Shown here piece by piece: positions 26,238-28,483 of a stretch of 28,483 nucleotides of DNA; the first letter of the stretch is position 1; every line of letters starts with the position of its first letter. The DNA is taken from assembly GCA_041301605.1 (NCBI GenBank), contig JBFYSM010000198.1:1-28483 (forward strand). Reading direction: 5' to 3'. Below the pieces are notes generated by a model. It was given only the letters and a program-made list of their open reading frames with translations. It was not told the origin of the DNA and did no database searches. Position numbers and translations under genes: made by a program. Origin of the DNA: Chloroflexota bacterium (lineage in GTDB: Bacteria; Chloroflexota; Anaerolineae; Anaerolineales; Villigracilaceae).

Positions 26238-26412
26238 AAAGGCTTCAGTGAAGTTCATCTTTTTACTTCCGTTGCCGAATCGCGCCGCACGCTCTTCGCA
26301 AGGGTGAACGTTGGAGCACCCAGGCAGGGACAACGACGCAGAGCATCGTCGCCCGAATATTGATAACAAATAGCAAATGGTGGGGAAAACGAAGATTCAT
26401 GACATTTGTCAC

Positions 26413-26472
26413 TTGAATCCAGCCATAAAAAATCGTATTCTATGATTGATTATGATTGTTTTTGATTGAATA
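26413..26472 (+). promoter_or_regulatory. Promoter with three 10-bp DeoR-type direct repeats
   Basis: TTGAAT 26413-26418, 17 bp, TATTCT 26436-26441; TGATTGATTA / TGATTGTTTT / TGATTGAATA at 26443-26472. Confidence 0.7.
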
Positions 26473-26481
26473 AGAGCGATC

Positions 26482-27258
26482 GTGGAAAACAACTTCGTAT
26501 CCGGCACCGACCGGCAACTCCAAATCCTCCAGCGCATCCAGCGCCAGCAGCGGATCAGCGTGGCGGAAATCTGCGAGGTTTTTGCGGTCAGCGAGGCCAC
26601 CGCCCGGCGCGACCTGGAAACCCTGGCGGAGGATGGCAAGGTTCAACGCGTCCATGGCGGCGCAATTGCATTGGCCCCTACCCCACCGGAACAGCCCATC
26701 CTCCAGCGCCAGGATGAGCAGGCCCAGGAAAAGGTCCGCATCGGGCAGGCCGCTGCCGGGCTGATCAACGACGGCGAAACGATCTTCCTCGGTTCCGGGA
26801 CCACCGTGCTGGAGGTGGCACGCAACCTGGGAAGGGATCAAAAACTGACCGTGATCACCAATTCCCTGCCGGTTATCAATGTGCTGGCCGGCAATGAAGA
26901 TATTACCCTCATCAGCCTGGGTGGGATGCTGCGCGACAGCGAACTCTCGTTTATCGGGCATATCACCGAGCAGGCCCTGGCTGAAGTGCGTGCAGACAAG
27001 GTTTTTCTCGGGACGCGCGCCATCAGCCTGGAACACGGCCTGACCCACGAGTACCTGCCGGAAACCATGACCGACCGCGCCATCCTGAAGTCCGGCCAGG
27101 AGATCATCGTGGTAGCCGACTATACGAAATTCGGGCGCGCCGCGGCCATCCTGCTGGCCCCGTTGGAACAGGTGCACACCATCGTCACCGACGGGCAAAC
27201 TCCGCCCGATTTCATCGAGGCGGTTCAAGAACGCGGCATCCGCGTGATCCTTTCTTAA
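26482..27258 (+). CDS. DeoR/GlpR-family regulator
   Basis: VSEATARRDLETL..GKVQRVHGGA HTH; FLGSGTT, ITNS, DKVFLG motifs; GTG start. Confidence 0.93.
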   Translation: MENNFVSGTDRQLQILQRIQRQQRISVAEICEVFAVSEATARRDLETLAEDGKVQRVHGGAIALAPTPPEQPILQRQDEQAQEKVRIGQAAAGLINDGETIFLGSGTTVLEVARNLGRDQKLTVITNSLPVINVLAGNEDITLISLGGMLRDSELSFIGHITEQALAEVRADKVFLGTRAISLEHGLTHEYLPETMTDRAILKSGQEIIVVADYTKFGRAAAILLAPLEQVHTIVTDGQTPPDFIEAVQERGIRVILS

Positions 27259-27289
27259 TTCTTCGTTCCCTTCGTGTCCCTTCGTGGAT
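27259..27289. repeat. Short TTCGT repeat element
   Basis: TTCTTCGTTCCCTTCGTGTCCCTTCGTGGAT, similar to the CTTCGCG repeat near 23905. Confidence 0.45.
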
Positions 27290-27296
27290 TAAAACC

Positions 27297-28334
27297 ATGC
27301 TCCTCGAAAACTTCCACCCCCAATCGAAACTCATCACCAAAACCACCCTGGTCGAAAAGCCGCACTTCCCGGCCATCGATGCCCATAACCACCTGGGTGA
27401 AGATTTCGGTGGGGGTTGGGATAAGCGTCCGCTCTCTGAGTTACTTGACCTTTTGGATGCTGCTGGCATTATCCGTTATGTCGATCTCGACGGCGGCTGG
27501 GGTGAGCACCTGCTCAACGCCCATCTCGATCACTTTAAACAGCCCGCCCCGGAACGTTTCATGATCTTCGGCGGCGTGGACTGGAGCCAGTGGCCGGAAA
27601 AGGGAAATGCTTTTCCCGAATGGGCGGCGGGCAGGCTCAGGGTTCAGAAAGAGCGCGGCGCACAGGGGCTGAAGATCTGGAAGGGATTCGGCCTGCACGT
27701 CAAAGACCACGCCGGCAAGCTGGTGGATGTGGATGACCCGCGCCTCGCCTCCATCTGGGAAACCGCCGGTGAACTGGGCCTGCCGGTTATGATCCACGTG
27801 GCGGACCCGGTGGCCTTCTTCGACCCGATCGATGAAACCAACGAGCGCTGGGAGGAATTGGGCGCACATCCCGATTGGGCCTTCACCAGCCCGCCCTTCC
27901 CGCCCTTCCTGCACATCATGGATGGGCTGGCCAACCTTGTAACACGTCACCCGAACACAACCTTCATCGGCGCGCACCTCGGTTGCTACGCGGAGAATCT
28001 GGCCTGGGTCGCTGCCCTGCTCGACCGCTGCCCGAACTTCTTCGTGGATATCTCCGCCCGCATCGGTGAACTGGGCCGCCAGCCTTATACAGCCCGGCGC
28101 TTCTTCCTGCAATATGCCGACCGGATCCTCTTCGGCTCGGATATGGGGCCCTACCCCGAAGCTTACCGGATCATCTACCGTTTCCTCGAAACCGACGATG
28201 AGTATTTCAACTACAACACCACTCCCATCCCGATGCAGGGCCGCTGGTACAGCTACGGCATTTCCCTGCCGGATGAGGTGCTGGAAAAGATCTACTTTCG
28301 CAATGCTGAAAGAATATTGCTGAACAACGGATAA
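27297..28334 (+). CDS. Amidohydrolase-family protein
   Basis: IDAHNH, LKIWK, IHVADP, GAH, ILFGSD motifs. Confidence 0.88.
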   Translation: MLLENFHPQSKLITKTTLVEKPHFPAIDAHNHLGEDFGGGWDKRPLSELLDLLDAAGIIRYVDLDGGWGEHLLNAHLDHFKQPAPERFMIFGGVDWSQWPEKGNAFPEWAAGRLRVQKERGAQGLKIWKGFGLHVKDHAGKLVDVDDPRLASIWETAGELGLPVMIHVADPVAFFDPIDETNERWEELGAHPDWAFTSPPFPPFLHIMDGLANLVTRHPNTTFIGAHLGCYAENLAWVAALLDRCPNFFVDISARIGELGRQPYTARRFFLQYADRILFGSDMGPYPEAYRIIYRFLETDDEYFNYNTTPIPMQGRWYSYGISLPDEVLEKIYFRNAERILLNNG

Positions 28335-28337
28335 AAC

Positions 28338-28483
28338 ATGGAAAAAGGACAATTCACCCGCAAAGAAATCCAATCCCAGCCGGAAGCCTGGTCTGCCGCG
28401 CTGACTGTTTTGGATGAAAGTCGCCGGGACGTGCTGAACCTTCAGCCTGCCCGCCGTTACAGCCAGATCATCTACACCGGCTG
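28338..28483 (+). CDS. SIS-domain sugar isomerase (AgaS/GlmS-like), 5' partial
   Basis: TRKEIQSQPEAW...IIYTG(C) is the typical SIS N-terminus. Confidence 0.75.
   Translation, partial: MEKGQFTRKEIQSQPEAWSAALTVLDESRRDVLNLQPARRYSQIIYTG

Noticed and set aside
25560-26400. attC sites around the HNH gene
   Set aside because: No RYYYAAC...GTTRRRY pair with complementary arms was found by eye.
3418-28373. Long antisense ORFs (e.g. 3418-4719, 9554-10633, 20022-20294, 23708-25339, 27441-28373)
   Set aside because: Mirror frames of well-supported plus-strand genes, expected at high GC.

Overview
GC-rich bacterial window, probably Chloroflexota/Anaerolineae (inferred from gene content and small palindromic repeat families). 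(1) 1-1200 is the end of an integron cassette array on the minus strand, with no integrase in view. It holds an inverted RelE/Phd toxin-antitoxin cassette between two attC sites. The left attC is cut in its L'' box by an IS110-like element (only 16 N-terminal codons visible). The element's ~280 nt non-coding end folds like a bridge RNA, with loop segments matching the flanking target (TTGCGTTA) and the element's own end (ATTAGA). This is the most striking signal. (2) 2084-22719 is a LacI-led sugar locus: two GH172/DUF2961 paralogues, a serine hydrolase, an amidohydrolase, an ABC importer, GH116, a fucose/D-arabinose isomerase-like protein, an FGGY kinase, two URO-D-fold proteins and a cytoplasmic BNR-repeat protein. 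It fits D-arabinofuranoside (mycobacterial-type D-arabinan) use. (3) 22866-28483 has an OmpR/BaeS-like two-component pair split by a repeat cluster, an AT-rich HNH gene, and the start of a DeoR-amidohydrolase-SIS operon. Nested palindromic repeats recur, one apparently translated inside a gene. All family calls come from motif recognition by eye; no searches were run.
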